A stretch of DNA of 37,005 bases from Clostridia bacterium (GTDB lineage: Bacteria > Bacillota > Clostridia > Oscillospirales > Acutalibacteraceae): the NCBI GenBank assembly GCA_017552845.1, contig JAFZOE010000239.1, positions 1 through 37,005 of the forward strand. The letters are read 5' to 3'. The notes below the pieces were generated by a model. That model was not told the DNA's origin, did not search any database, and worked only from the letters and a program-made list of their open reading frames with translations. A program made the position numbers and the translations under genes. Numbering within the stretch: the first letter of the stretch is position 1; the number at the start of each line of letters is the position of its first letter. This document shows positions 28,116 to 37,005 of this stretch, in pieces.

Positions 28116-29696
28116 TTATCCCCCGACCGCGGCTTTTTCTGCGGCGAGGCCTTTTTTGTAATTCTCAAGGAAGACCGCAAAGCCCTTCTTATCCTCTTCG
28201 TCGGGCCTGACTTCAAAGGATTCCTGCCCGCCGAAGACTTTATTGTCAAGATAATCTTCAAGCGTTTCGCCCTCCGCTTTGTTGACGGTGTATGAGGCAA
28301 GCACTGCCTGACCCCAGGGGCCGCCCTCGCCCGCGGTTTTCATAACCGAAACGGGAGCGTTCAGCGCCGCCGCCATAACTGCCTGACCCGCAACGGGAGC
28401 CTTGAAATATCCGCCGTGGCCGAGCAGACGGTCGATTTTTACATTCTCGGCGTCAAGGATTTCCTTGCCTATGCTGAGTGTTGCCGCCGCGGAATAAAGC
28501 TGGGTGCGCGAGAAATTCGCAAAATTGAATTTTGAATCGGGACCTCTGAAAAACATCGGCTTGCCGCTCTCGAGACCGGTTATAACCTCGCCCGAGAGAT
28601 AGTTGTAGCCGACTAGGCCGCCGCAGTCCTTATCCGCTTCGAGCGCTTTCTCAAACATTTTGTCGAGCACCTTGTAAATCGAGACATCGGCGCCCATTTC
28701 TTTGCAGATTTCGGTGAATATCCCCGCCCAGGCGTCGATTTCGCCCGAGCAGTTGTTGCAGTGAACCATCGCAACGGGGCTGCCCGAGGGAGTGGTTACC
28801 ATATCGATTTCGGGATAGAGTTTCGAGAGAGCTTTCTCAAGCACGACCATAAGGAAAATCGAGGTGCCGGCTGAGATATTGCCGGTTCTCTGCGCCACTG
28901 AATTCGTCGCGACCATACCGGTTCCTGCGTCGCCTTCGGGCGGGCAGAGCGGGATTCCCGCCTTGAATTCGCCGCTCGGGTCAAGCAGGAGCGCACCCTC
29001 TTCGGTAAGAGTTCCGGCGTTTTCGCCCGCGACAAGAACTTTCGGGAGAATTTCCCTTATATCCCAAGGATAATCCGATGTAAGCGCGGTGAATTTATCG
29101 AGCATGGCCGCATCGTAATCATTGATATTGCTGTCAATCGGGAACATACCGCTCGCTTCGCCGATGCCGACAACTCTCTGACCGGTCAGGCGGAAATGGA
29201 CGTATGACGCGAGCGTGTAAATTGCCGCAATATCCTTCACGTGCTCCTCACCGTTGAGCATCGCCTGATAAAGATGCGCGATGCTCCAGCGCTGGGGAAT
29301 GTTGAAATCAAAGAGAGTGGAGAGTTTTTCGGCCGCCTCGGCGGTGATAGTGTTTCTCCAGGTGCGGAATTCGGCAAGCTGACTGCCGTCTTTATCGAAA
29401 GCGAGATAGCCGTGCATCATGCCGCTGATGCCGAGAGCTCCCGCGCTCGTGAGCTTAACGGAATATTTTGCCTCAACATCCGCCTTCAGCTTCGCGAACG
29501 CTGTCTGCAGACCGTTTCTGACCTCGTCGAGAGAGTAGGTCCAGATGCCGTTTTTATAGCTGTTTTCCCAGTCAAAAGAGCCGGAGGCGAGCGGAGTCGC
29601 TTTATCGTCAATCAGCACCGCCTTTATTCTCGTCGAGCCGAATTCGATGCCTATGCTTGTCTGCCGGGAATTGATGATATTTACTGTGTCGGACAT
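28116..29696 (-). CDS. FGGY-family carbohydrate kinase (xylulo/ribulokinase-like)
   Basis: [53 protein letters not shown]. Confidence 0.9.
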   Translation of the reverse strand: MSDTVNIINSRQTSIGIEFGSTRIKAVLIDDKATPLASGSFDWENSYKNGIWTYSLDEVRNGLQTAFAKLKADVEAKYSVKLTSAGALGISGMMHGYLAFDKDGSQLAEFRTWRNTITAEAAEKLSTLFDFNIPQRWSIAHLYQAMLNGEEHVKDIAAIYTLASYVHFRLTGQRVVGIGEASGMFPIDSNINDYDAAMLDKFTALTSDYPWDIREILPKVLVAGENAGTLTEEGALLLDPSGEFKAGIPLCPPEGDAGTGMVATNSVAQRTGNISAGTSIFLMVVLEKALSKLYPEIDMVTTPSGSPVAMVHCNNCSGEIDAWAGIFTEICKEMGADVSIYKVLDKMFEKALEADKDCGGLVGYNYLSGEVITGLESGKPMFFRGPDSKFNFANFSRTQLYSAAATLSIGKEILDAENVKIDRLLGHGGYFKAPVAGQAVMAAALNAPVSVMKTAGEGGPWGQAVLASYTVNKAEGETLEDYLDNKVFGGQESFEVRPDEEDKKGFAVFLENYKKGLAAEKAAVGG

Positions 29697-29725
29697 AATA
29701 CTGCCTCCCGAAATTTATTATAGTC

Positions 29726-29754
29726 ATTATATAACAATATCAAATTGCAGTCAA
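29726..29754 (-). promoter_or_regulatory. Sigma-A promoter of the kinase gene
   Basis: TTGACT-17-TATAAT. Confidence 0.7.
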
Positions 29755-29776
29755 GAAACATTGTTGACATTATCGG

Positions 29777-29805
29777 TTGACAGAAGGCGGCGTAAATGGT
29801 ATATT
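29777..29805 (+). promoter_or_regulatory. Sigma-A promoter of glyA
   Basis: TTGACA-17-TATATT with extended TG. Confidence 0.7.
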
Positions 29806-29837
29806 TTATAATGATATTTATATGGAAGGTGATTAAA

Positions 29838-31088
29838 ATGTATTCCGATATTATGGATTCAATCGGCTTTGTCGCGAAGTATGATCCCGAAGTGGCCGAC
29901 GGAATGAACGAAGAACTCAAGAGGCAGAGAAGAAATCTCGAACTCATAGCGAGCGAAAATATTGTTTCCCCCGCGGTTATGGCGGCTATGGGAAGCATTC
30001 TTACGAATAAATACGCCGAGGGTTACCCCGGCAAGAGATACTACGGCGGCTGCGAATATGTCGATGTTGTCGAGAGCATCGCAATCGAGAGAGCGAAGAA
30101 GCTTTTCGGCGCGGAGGCGGCAAACGTTCAGCCCCACTCGGGCGCTCAGGCGAATATGGCGGCCTATGCGGCTATCCTTGAGCCCGGCGATACCGTTCTC
30201 GGCATGTCCCTCGCCCACGGCGGCCATCTCACTCACGGTTCGCCCGTCAACGCGAGCGGCAAGCTCTATAAATTCATCGCCTACGGCGTCAATGACGACG
30301 GCTTCATCGACTACGACGAGCTTGAAAAAATCGCGAAAGAGAATAACCCCAAGCTCATAGTTGCGGGCGCATCCGCATATCCGAGAATCATTGATTTCGA
30401 AAGAATTTCGGCGATAGCAAAATCGGTCGGCGCATATTTCATGGTAGATATGGCTCATATCGCGGGCCTTGTCGCCGCAGGGCTTCATCCCTCGCCGGTC
30501 CCCTATGCCGATATAGTCACGACCACCACTCATAAAACGCTCAGAGGTCCGCGCGGAGGCCTGATTCTCTGCAGAGAGGAGCTCGCCGCGGCCATCAACA
30601 AGGCGATTTTCCCCGGCAACCAGGGCGGTCCGCTCGAGCATATAATCGCGGCGAAGGCTGTCTGCTTCGGCGAGGCGCTCAAGCCCGAATTCAAGGAATA
30701 CGCTCAGAGAATCATCGATAACTGCAAGGCGCTCGCCGACGGTCTCACCAAGAGAGGCATCAATCTCGTCAGCGGCGGCACCGATAACCACCTCATCCTC
30801 GTTGACCTGAGAAACACCGAGGTTACCGGCAAGGAGCTCGAGCACAGGCTCGATTCCGTCTGCATCACCGCGAATAAAAACGCCGTTCCCAACGATCCCC
30901 AGAAGCCGTTTGTCACAAGCGGTGTCCGTCTGGGCACAGCGGCTGTCACCACCCGCGGCCTTCAGCCTGCCGATATGGATAAGATTGCGGAATACATCGC
31001 CCTTTGCGTCACAGACTACGAGGCGAACAAAGACCGCATCCGCGAGGAAGTCAACGCCCTCTGCGCCAAATACCCGCTGTATGAATAA
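29838..31088 (+). CDS. glyA: Serine hydroxymethyltransferase
   Basis: [53 protein letters not shown] 29838 follows AAGGTGAT. Confidence 0.98.
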   Translation: MYSDIMDSIGFVAKYDPEVADGMNEELKRQRRNLELIASENIVSPAVMAAMGSILTNKYAEGYPGKRYYGGCEYVDVVESIAIERAKKLFGAEAANVQPHSGAQANMAAYAAILEPGDTVLGMSLAHGGHLTHGSPVNASGKLYKFIAYGVNDDGFIDYDELEKIAKENNPKLIVAGASAYPRIIDFERISAIAKSVGAYFMVDMAHIAGLVAAGLHPSPVPYADIVTTTTHKTLRGPRGGLILCREELAAAINKAIFPGNQGGPLEHIIAAKAVCFGEALKPEFKEYAQRIIDNCKALADGLTKRGINLVSGGTDNHLILVDLRNTEVTGKELEHRLDSVCITANKNAVPNDPQKPFVTSGVRLGTAAVTTRGLQPADMDKIAEYIALCVTDYEANKDRIREEVNALCAKYPLYE

Positions 31089-31095
31089 CAAATCT

Positions 31096-31119
31096 TCCCC
31101 CTGTCATCCGGCAGGGGGA
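31096..31119 (+). terminator. Hairpin after glyA
   Basis: TCCCCCTGTC-ATCC-GGCAGGGGGA; weak T-tract. Confidence 0.65.
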
Positions 31120-31152
31120 TATTATTCAGCAAGCGACGCCGCATAAAAATTA

Positions 31153-31181
31153 TTGACATTTTCTTTATTATTTGTTATATT
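31153..31181 (+). promoter_or_regulatory. Sigma-A promoter
   Basis: TTGACA-17-TATATT with extended TG. Confidence 0.7.
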
Positions 31182-31268
31182 TAATTCCCCATTATGAATA
31201 TATATACACATAATGAAAAACCAAATAAGCGGAACGCTTAAAATATAAATAAAACGGAGGATGGAAAA

Positions 31269-32108
31269 ATGAAACAAGGCAAGAGACTTCTTTCACTCGT
31301 AATTGCTCTCACAATGGCATTCGGCATCTTTGCTTTTACTGCTCAGGCCAAGAGCAAAGCCGCGCCCCTCTCGCTCGATGTAGAGGTCAGCAGCTTTGAC
31401 AGCGGCTATACCGGCCTTGTTACCGTGGCGGTAACCGTAAAGAACACCTCGTCCAAGGATGTCAAAAACATCGTAGTCACTTCCTGCGGCTCAACCGGTC
31501 TTTGCATGTATAGGCCGATTGATAAAAATGTTGTGATTACAAATCCCGGTTCAAAGCCGGTTTCTAAAAAGAACGCAATGGCGGCCTGCCTGAAACCCGG
31601 CGGAACAATGAAATACGTTTACTGCGTGCTTCTCGGCTACCAGTATGCAAAGAACAAAGTCCCCGAGGCAACCCGTGTTATTATGCTGGAACAGCATAAA
31701 CTCCTCAAGACCAAGAATTTCCGCCCGCTTTCAATCAAGGCAAATTATGTTGAAAGCAAGGGAAATCTCACATTCGGCAGCATCAAGACCACCCTTGATG
31801 TAAAGGCATATTATAATGTAAAGGCCGCGACTTATGAGAGCATTGCCGGCGGCTCAAGCGTGGTTCAGAATAAGGCAGTAAAAACCAACGGTAACTATGA
31901 TGCGTCTGCTTCTTCAAGTTCGACAAAGAGCACGAGTGCAAAAAGCACAGGCGAAAAAAAGAATTATATAGTTGATACTCATACTATGCATTATCATACC
32001 CATAATTGTGGTGGTTTACCAACTACTTACAGAGAGGATATTTACGCCACAAAAGAAGAAATTGAAGAAATGGGATATACTCTTTGCGGCAACTGTGCAA
32101 GGCAGTAA
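31269..32108 (+). CDS. Secreted hypothetical protein, paralog A (Ig-like N-domain, Ser-rich linker, C-terminal H/C metal-binding motif)
   Basis: Signal peptide ending AQA; C-terminal YHxxxC...GYxxCxxC; GGAGG RBS. Confidence 0.85.
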   Translation: MKQGKRLLSLVIALTMAFGIFAFTAQAKSKAAPLSLDVEVSSFDSGYTGLVTVAVTVKNTSSKDVKNIVVTSCGSTGLCMYRPIDKNVVITNPGSKPVSKKNAMAACLKPGGTMKYVYCVLLGYQYAKNKVPEATRVIMLEQHKLLKTKNFRPLSIKANYVESKGNLTFGSIKTTLDVKAYYNVKAATYESIAGGSSVVQNKAVKTNGNYDASASSSSTKSTSAKSTGEKKNYIVDTHTMHYHTHNCGGLPTTYREDIYATKEEIEEMGYTLCGNCARQ

Positions 32109-32119
32109 TCAAATCAAAC

Positions 32120-32145
32120 TTCCCCCTCCCAAACGGGAGGGGGAA
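32120..32145. terminator. Shared terminator hairpin between the convergent paralogs
   Basis: TTCCCCCTCCC-AAAC-GGGAGGGGGAA. Confidence 0.75.
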
Positions 32146-32165
32146 TTCTTATTATATCTTTCAGT

Positions 32166-33185
32166 TTATTCTGCGCAGTGTTTGCAAAGTTTATAGCCGT
32201 CGCTTTCGAGTTTCGTTGCGGTGGTTTCTCTGCTGACCTTGTTTGCAGTAGGCCAGTGGCCGCAGTTCTTTGAGTGATAGGTCTTTGTCGCGGTGTCAAG
32301 AATATAGGTTCTGACCGTATCTTTACCCGCTTTTGAGTTCGGCGTGGTTTTTGAAGACGACGAGCTGTTTGAGGAGGAGCCGGATGATGAACCGCCCGAT
32401 GATGAGGAACCGGAAGATGAAGATGAAGTTGTCTTCTTTGCCGAGCCGATTGTATATGATGATGAGCGAGAATCCGATGCGGCGCCGGAAGCGGATGACG
32501 AAGCGTCAGCGGATGAGGCGGAGCCGGATGAAGAACTGCGCGCAGAGGAAGCGTCGTAGTTGCCTCTGGTTCTGACTGCCGGATTCTGGGTTACGCTTGA
32601 GCCGCCGGCAATGCTCTCATAAGTCGCGGACTTGACATTGTAATACGCCTTGACATCGAGCATGGTTTTGATATCGCCGAAAGTGAGATCGCCTTTGCTT
32701 TCAAGATAATTAGCTTTGATTGAGAGCGGGCGGAAATCCTTCGTGCCGATATGTTTATGCTGTTCGAGCATGATGATGCGTATAGCCTCGGGAACCTTGT
32801 TCTTCGCATACTGATAGCCGAGGAGCACGCAGTAGACATATTTCATCGTTCCGCCGGGTTTGAGGCATGCGGTCATCGCGTTCTTTTTAATCGCCGGTTT
32901 CGCGCCGGGATTGTTTATTACTACATTGTAGTCAAGAGGTCTGAACATGCAGAGGCCCTTGGAGCCGCAGGACGTAACAACAATATTTTTGACATCCTTG
33001 CCCGAGGTGTTTTTCACGGTTACCGCCACTGTGATGAGGCCCGCATAGCCGCTTTCAAAGCTGCTTACCTCAACATTGAGCGAGAGCGGAGCCGCCTTGC
33101 TCTTTGCCTGCGCGGTAAAGGCGAAAACGCCGAAAGCCATCGTGAGCGCGATGACGATTGAAATAATCCGCCTGACCTGTTTCAT
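32166..33185 (-). CDS. Secreted hypothetical protein, paralog B (long Ser-rich linker)
   Basis: First ~213 aa align without gaps to paralog A; same C-terminal H/C motif. Confidence 0.85.
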   Translation of the reverse strand: MKQVRRIISIVIALTMAFGVFAFTAQAKSKAAPLSLNVEVSSFESGYAGLITVAVTVKNTSGKDVKNIVVTSCGSKGLCMFRPLDYNVVINNPGAKPAIKKNAMTACLKPGGTMKYVYCVLLGYQYAKNKVPEAIRIIMLEQHKHIGTKDFRPLSIKANYLESKGDLTFGDIKTMLDVKAYYNVKSATYESIAGGSSVTQNPAVRTRGNYDASSARSSSSGSASSADASSSASGAASDSRSSSYTIGSAKKTTSSSSSGSSSSGGSSSGSSSNSSSSSKTTPNSKAGKDTVRTYILDTATKTYHSKNCGHWPTANKVSRETTATKLESDGYKLCKHCAE

Positions 33186-33216
33186 TTTTTCTTCCTCCGT
33201 AATATGTGAATTGGTT

Positions 33217-33747
33217 TTATTCTGTTTCGCCGAGCCACGCCGAGGCGTATTTTGCCGAGATTCTCGCGTGGGCCGAGGCCATGTAATCGACCTCTTCGTC
33301 GGTCAGATTTTCGTCATTTTCGTATTCTGCCGCTTTTTTAACATAGCCGTCGTAGCGGTCGGAAAGCGCCTGATAACCGGGATTCGTTTTGTCGTTCAGA
33401 ACAGCCGCATTGGAATCCATGAAACTCTCGTATTCGTCCCAGAACTTTTTGAATTCCGGGGAAATGCCGCCGTGTTTCAGCGTTCCTTCTTCGCTTTCTC
33501 CGGCGACTTCGTCTTCCGCGGCCGCTTCGTCTGCTGTTTCCTCTTCGGAAACATCCGCTTTCGTTTCTTCCGTTGCTGCGGATGAAGGCACCGTATCAGA
33601 AATCTCTTCGGGTATTGTCGATGAAACGTCTGCCGGCTGCGCATCGTTTCCGCGCACGGCTTTTGAATAGTAAACCGCCGCGCCCGCAATCAGCCCGATG
33701 CCGATAACGGCAAGTATGATAATGATAATTAAACTTTTATTCTTCAT
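33217..33747 (-). CDS. Membrane-anchored acidic hypothetical protein (DUF6591-like helical C-terminus)
   Basis: N-terminal TM, acidic linker, GISPEFKKFWDEYESF...LTDEEVDYM..ARI. The family call is tentative. Start is probably ATG 33747. Confidence 0.65.
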   Translation of the reverse strand: MKNKSLIIIIILAVIGIGLIAGAAVYYSKAVRGNDAQPADVSSTIPEEISDTVPSSAATEETKADVSEEETADEAAAEDEVAGESEEGTLKHGGISPEFKKFWDEYESFMDSNAAVLNDKTNPGYQALSDRYDGYVKKAAEYENDENLTDEEVDYMASAHARISAKYASAWLGETE

Positions 33748-33854
33748 ATAATTACAACTTATAAATATACCGGCGGAATTCAAATATATCACCGGTAAAA
33801 ACAATTGTCAACTCCGTAAATACTGCCGTTTTGTAATCAAAACTCCGCAAAGCC

Positions 33855-35177
33855 TTATATTTCGGGCGGTTTCTCGGCAGGAGACCATTCTTTGACGAGT
33901 TTCTTGAAATGCTTGCCCTTGTGCTCATAGTCCTTATATACATTGTAGCTTGAGGCGGCGGGGCTCATCAGGCAGGATTTGCCTTTCTCCGTCACGGCGA
34001 AAGCCATGCTGACCGCGCCCTCCATATCCTCGGCGAGGATGACGTTGCCGTCATAGCCTCTGTTTGCGAGGTTGGTGCATATCTGTCTGCCTGTATCGGG
34101 CAGACCGATGAGATTGGGAATTCTCTTCTTGTAGAGGTAATTCTCGAATTCGTCAAGCGGCACGCCGACCGGCATTCCGCCGAAAATCAGAGTCCCGACA
34201 TCGCCGAGGCCGTCAATCGCGGCAATCGTTGCCTGCGGAATTGTGGCATCCGCATCGTTATAGAAGTTCACGCCGAAATATTCGCCGACAGGCTCGAGAC
34301 GGTGCTCAATCCCTTTGAATTCAAGGATAGCGGCGGATATATCCTCATCGCTTATGCCGAGGCGCCTTGCGGCCGCGGCGGCGAGGAAAGCGTTATGCAT
34401 GCTGTGGTTGCCGATAAGGAACTGATTCTGCTCGACCGCCTCGTAAATTCTCTCATAGCCGCTGATATCGGAAGAAATCTTGATTACGGTTGACGGAATC
34501 TGCGAGAAATTGCAGTAGCCGTCATAACTCTGGGAGGCATTGCAGATAAAGAAATCATCGGCGGTCTGGTGGCGGACTATATTGAGTTTTGCATTGACAT
34601 AGCCCGTAAAGCCGTTGTGATGCCCGATATGCTCCTGATATATATTCGTAATCAGCGCGATATTCGGCGACGCGGTTGTGAATTCAAGCTGGCGCGACGA
34701 CATTTCAACTATCGCGATTTCGGGTTCCTTATCCTCGAGCACATCGAGCGCGGGAAGCAGAACATTGCCGACGAGCGCGGCGTTCCTGCCCGCCTTCAGC
34801 GCCATTTCATAGAGAAGTGTTGCGACCGTTGTTTTACCTTTCGTGCCGGTAACGCCGACACACAGACAATCGGAAAATTTGAGGAAAAGGTCGGTCTGGC
34901 AGGTGAGTATCGTCTCATCATTGACGATATAGTCCGAGAGCGAGATGCCCGGAGTCTTGATGACGACATCGTAATCGTTGATGCATTTGGTGTAATCCTT
35001 GCCCGAATAGAGCACGGCGTGAGTATCATCAAGCTCAATCTGCTTTATATCGCTTATTCCGATTTCCTTCTCGGGCAGATGGCGCCTGATTATGTCATAG
35101 GTCGACCTGCCCTCTCTGCCGAAACCGAGAATGAGCACCTTATGATTATTTATAAAATCGATAAAATCTCTGAACAT
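33855..35177 (-). CDS. murD: MurD-family Mur ligase (divergent; MurD2-like features)
   Basis: ILGFGREG, KTPGI, GVTGTKGKTT, EMSSRQL, HRLE, SPAASSY. Confidence 0.75.
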   Translation of the reverse strand: MFRDFIDFINNHKVLILGFGREGRSTYDIIRRHLPEKEIGISDIKQIELDDTHAVLYSGKDYTKCINDYDVVIKTPGISLSDYIVNDETILTCQTDLFLKFSDCLCVGVTGTKGKTTVATLLYEMALKAGRNAALVGNVLLPALDVLEDKEPEIAIVEMSSRQLEFTTASPNIALITNIYQEHIGHHNGFTGYVNAKLNIVRHQTADDFFICNASQSYDGYCNFSQIPSTVIKISSDISGYERIYEAVEQNQFLIGNHSMHNAFLAAAAARRLGISDEDISAAILEFKGIEHRLEPVGEYFGVNFYNDADATIPQATIAAIDGLGDVGTLIFGGMPVGVPLDEFENYLYKKRIPNLIGLPDTGRQICTNLANRGYDGNVILAEDMEGAVSMAFAVTEKGKSCLMSPAASSYNVYKDYEHKGKHFKKLVKEWSPAEKPPEI

Positions 35178-35276
35178 AGGAAGTCCCCGTATTTCAAAAA
35201 CTGAATAAATGCCGTATATTTTATTTTAATACATTGAAATATAAAAGTCAAGCGAGCGGGAGGGGATAAAAATTAC

Positions 35277-35300
35277 CCCGCAGCCGTGTGACTGCGGGGC
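35277..35300 (-). terminator. Terminator hairpin after the small gene
   Basis: CCCCGCAG-N8-CTGCGGGG followed by TAATTTT. Confidence 0.65.
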
Positions 35301-35317
35301 TCGGGATATTGCCTCAA

Positions 35318-35536
35318 TTAAAAGTTTGCAAAAGCTGCAAGGAATTTGTTGACCATTTCCCAGATGGGATTCCAGATTGCGCTGTATTTTGTGAGAAGCT
35401 CTGCAATCGTGGTGGTGTCAACCGTTCTGATATCAAAGTTGTTTACCATAAGAGCGAACATGTTGTAAATCATTTCCTCGATACCGCTCATGTCAACAGA
35501 CTTGAATACCTCAACGAGTTCGGTGAAAAATTCCAT
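35318..35536 (-). CDS. 72-aa hypothetical amphipathic protein
   Basis: Has its own consensus promoter, AGGGGG RBS and terminator. Confidence 0.75.
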   Translation of the reverse strand: MEFFTELVEVFKSVDMSGIEEMIYNMFALMVNNFDIRTVDTTTIAELLTKYSAIWNPIWEMVNKFLAAFANF

Positions 35537-35593
35537 AGTTATATCCCCCTGTTTTATTTTTCGGAACGCCCTAAGGCCCCTCCGAGTGCCTAA

Positions 35594-35622
35594 ATTATAT
35601 AAAAAAGAGTCAATTTTGTCAA
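35594..35622 (-). promoter_or_regulatory. Consensus sigma-A promoter
   Basis: TTGACA-17-TATAAT. Confidence 0.8.
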
Positions 35623-35683
35623 GTGGGCAAATTCCGGGAAGTGTATAGCAACAAAAATCGGGTGTGGGTAATCATTTTCTTTA

Positions 35684-36601
35684 TCAAATCATATCTTTAT
35701 ACTGATAGCATCGGATGTAGTCGACTTTGAACTCTGCGGGCCAGTTTTCCTGCGGGGTTTTGCTGATTTCGCCGGTGCCGTGGCGGTCGGAATTCTGGAT
35801 TCCGTTTTCGCCCGCGAATTCGACCGAGAGCAGGAAATATTCGGGATTCTGCGAAACTCCGCCGTCGGGAGTCAGGCGGCCCGTCTCCTTGCCGTTTATG
35901 TAGAAAATGTATTCATCCTTCGTCCACTCGAGGCCGTAGGTGTTGTATTCGCTGTAGGGATCGTTCGGCAGATACTGTTTGCCGATTGAGTCGCCCTTGT
36001 GGTCGTCGCCGTAGCCGTCATAATGAATGCCCGAGGAAATGTAGTCGCCGCCGAAGGCATAATCCTTATAATAGAAGGATTCAAAAACATCGACCTCTGT
36101 GCCGTCCGCGCCGCTGCCGTCGACATTATAGACGCCGTCGTCATTCATCAGCCAGAATGCGCTCCAGAGGCCCGTCGCGGCGGGCAGAATGCATCTGACC
36201 TCAAAATAGCCGTAGGTCTGCTCATATTTATTGCGCGAGACAACCTTGCCCGTATACCAGCCGGGTTTATAGGGCTTTATCCAGTCGTGTTCGCCGTAGT
36301 AGAAGGGCATCGCCTCATCCTTGTATTCGGCGGAAATCACGAGGTTGCCGTCCTCAACGCGGACCATATCCTCATGCCAGTAGCCGCCCTTGCGCTCGGT
36401 TATCCACCAGGAAAAATCCCATTTTGTGCGGTCGAGGGCGTCGCCGTCAAATTCATCGCTCCAGACGAGCTCAAACTGACTCATATCGACCTCTTTGCCC
36501 TTTGTATAGGGTTTGCCGGTGAGCTGGCCGCCGAGCGAGCCGAAAAATGCGGAAATGCTCAGGAATATTGATATTATTGATTTGCAGAGGGGTCTTAACA
36601 T
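35684..36601 (-). CDS. Glycoside hydrolase family 16 protein
   Basis: LVWSDEFDG, YGYFEVR, GLWSAFWL, EVDVFE catalytic motif, YGLEWT, VDYIRCYQ; AGGAGG RBS. Confidence 0.92.
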   Translation of the reverse strand: MLRPLCKSIISIFLSISAFFGSLGGQLTGKPYTKGKEVDMSQFELVWSDEFDGDALDRTKWDFSWWITERKGGYWHEDMVRVEDGNLVISAEYKDEAMPFYYGEHDWIKPYKPGWYTGKVVSRNKYEQTYGYFEVRCILPAATGLWSAFWLMNDDGVYNVDGSGADGTEVDVFESFYYKDYAFGGDYISSGIHYDGYGDDHKGDSIGKQYLPNDPYSEYNTYGLEWTKDEYIFYINGKETGRLTPDGGVSQNPEYFLLSVEFAGENGIQNSDRHGTGEISKTPQENWPAEFKVDYIRCYQYKDMI

Positions 36602-36720
36602 AACTCTTCCTCCTTGGTGTAAAGCAAATTTGCTTTACAATCTCGGGCGTTTTCTTTATTGATATCAGCATACCATAAATTCTCCGATGTTTCAAGTGCG
36701 GTTAAAACTGAAAATCCCGA

Positions 36721-36750
36721 TTGAAAAGCATTATGGTGATATGTTATAAT
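36721..36750 (+). promoter_or_regulatory. Sigma-A promoter
   Basis: TTGAAA-18-TATAAT with extended TG. Confidence 0.6.
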
Positions 36751-36774
36751 TTAAAAAGCAAGGGAGGAACGGAT

Positions 36775-37005
36775 ATGGATATCACTGCAATTTTTCTTTC
36801 TGTAATTACTTTCATCTCCTCGTTTTTCTGGGGAATGTTTTATCCCGAATACACAGATAACTCCGAAAAGGTCGCGGATATACCGGGGCTGCATACCGAT
36901 TTCGTGCCGCAGGGCTCGACTTATCTGGCGGATGAGGATATATATATCTGCTGCGGCTATATGAATAACGACGAGCCCTCCCGCCTCTATCTGATAAAAG
37001 ACGGG
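36775..37005 (+). CDS. Hypothetical exported protein, truncated by the window edge
   Basis: GGAGG RBS. The open frame reads MDITAIFLSVITFISSFFWGMFYPEY..IPGLHTDFVPQG..CGYM..PSRLY. Confidence 0.75.
   Translation, partial: MDITAIFLSVITFISSFFWGMFYPEYTDNSEKVADIPGLHTDFVPQGSTYLADEDIYICCGYMNNDEPSRLYLIKDG

Noticed and set aside
29859-31091. 410-aa antisense ORF over glyA (likewise 10547-11623 over the epimerase and many shorter ones)
   Set aside because: Shadow ORFs caused by strong codon bias in the sense gene; no motifs or RBS.
32344-32559. Highly acidic plus-strand ORF
   Set aside because: It is the antisense reading of the Ser-rich linker of paralog B.

Overview
A 37-kb chromosomal window from a low-GC Gram-positive (Clostridia-like, Oscillospiraceae/Acutalibacteraceae-type) genome. 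The taxonomy is inferred from gene content, sigma-A promoters, parS sequence and Shine-Dalgarno usage. It is mostly housekeeping: a capA-like gene, parB-parA with two perfect parS sites, rsmG-mnmG-udg-ribF-typA, efp-aminopeptidase-maf-nudF, glyA and a murD-like gene. These are interspersed with sugar transport and catabolism genes (two MFS transporters, an FGGY kinase, two GH16 hydrolases) and secreted hypothetical proteins. I found no tRNA, rRNA, CRISPR, transposase or integrase. The most notable unexplained features are: (1) a protein-free transcription unit at ~14035-14280 with a perfect TTGACA-17-TATAAT promoter, an A-tract UP element and tandem hairpins (candidate novel ncRNA), next to an NrdR-like box; (2) a two-copy structured intergenic element (10415-10581 and ~25432-25635) with an identical 28-mer, nested inverted repeats and a covarying 8-N16-8 palindrome; (3) a GH16 gene interrupted by one in-frame TAG; (4) a convergent inverted pair of paralogous secreted-protein genes with divergent C-termini; (5) a divergent MurD; and (6) a recurring atypical Phe/Ile-rich amphipathic N-terminus.
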